From NCBI RefSeq assembly GCF_963921235.1, contig NC_086108.1, positions 22,630,001-22,694,000 on the forward strand: a stretch of DNA of 64,000 nt. The letters run 5' to 3'. The stretch comes from Mobula hypostoma. Taxonomy: Eukaryota. A program made the translations under genes and the position numbers. The stretch's first letter is position 1; each line of letters starts with the position of its first letter. Under the pieces are notes generated by a model, which ran no database searches, was not told the origin of the DNA, and worked only from the letters and a program-made list of their open reading frames with translations. Positions 63,101 to 64,000 of the stretch are shown in pieces.

Positions 63101-64000
63101 GGTGCTATGAAGCAAACCTTTTCTGAGCACTTGTGTTTGTGTGTACTCTCAGTGTGCTAGCAACTATAAAATGCAATCATTTGTATTATTTGTGCTCTTT
63201 ATTTCCTCCCCTTTGAATATCCAGATCCCCTAATGATCCATGTTTAGAACTTGAAGTCTTTGCATATTATTTTCCAGGTGGCTTGATAACAGAGAGGTCA
63301 GGTTTGGATGTCTTTTGATGGCGTTTTACATAAAATTTTCATACATTTTTACTTCAAATTTCAGAGAGAGAGGCTCCTTCAGACTTGTTACTCTTGCTTC
63401 ACTTGCTTGCATTTCAACATTAAAGTGATGATTTGCTTCCTGAACTCTGTTAACTGTGTTATTGAGTAAGGAAAACAAATATTCAGATCAAAATCATTGC
63501 AGGTTTCTCACTTTCAATATTTCATATTTCTCTGAAACTGTGAAGAAGACGTTTCAGCTCATTGAAGTTGTCATATTGGAGAGTAATCCCATTCCTTGCT
63601 AATTTTCCCTTCACCTATTCTTTCCACATTTCTAATAGGGACTGAGGTTAAAGCCATAAGACCTTTTATGTCAATCACTCTTCTGTGACATGCAATTGTA
63701 GCTCAAATCCTCCTTTGTACTTCTAAATTCTATGAGACCCATTACCTCGCAAGGTGGTCTGCCCTCCTCACACAGTAGAAAACTGTTTCTTTGCAAGATC
63801 AGATGAATCATTCTGTTTTGAATTTGGTGCTTGTTTTAATTTATAATGATTTATAACTTGTTTATAAATCACAGTGGGGGATGAGTTTTAGACGAAGAGA
63901 GAAGGCACTGATCACAACTTGAGATCAGACTACGCAGGCTGGAAATTTGTGATTCAGATCAGCAGCTTGTAGAATTCGTCTTTCTTCCCAGAAAAAATAG

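Noticed and set aside
1..64000. CRISPR arrays, prokaryotic operons, rRNA or true tRNA genes
   Set aside because: No regular repeat-spacer arrays; tRNA-like segments are SINE heads or the Gypsy PBS; the sequence is spliced eukaryotic DNA

Overview
Vertebrate genomic DNA; the repeat families suggest a cartilaginous fish (ray or shark), which is an inference. The + strand carries the last six coding exons (3048-26814) of an ADAMTSL2-like gene, encoding TSP1 repeats and a terminal PLAC domain, with canonical GT-AG junctions and compatible phases, followed by a 3' UTR with candidate poly(A) signals. I recognise no other host gene. Much of the rest is layered, often nested transposable elements: a full-length but decayed Gypsy LTR retrotransposon (tRNA-Phe PBS, possible dUTPase-like insert), CR1, Rex1/Babar and RTE LINEs, two families of Penelope-like elements (PLEs), Tigger/pogo, Tc1 and hAT deletion derivatives or MITEs, and tRNA-derived SINEs. 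The most notable non-coding signal is a recurring minimal hammerhead-ribozyme motif (CTGAnGA..GAAA) in PLE terminal repeats, several in short inverted insertions with 13-15 bp target-site duplications (TSDs). Also notable are a ~280-bp palindrome inside a Tigger derivative and a hAT with an apparent 6-bp TSD. Boundaries of decayed elements are approximate and all family assignments are by eye.
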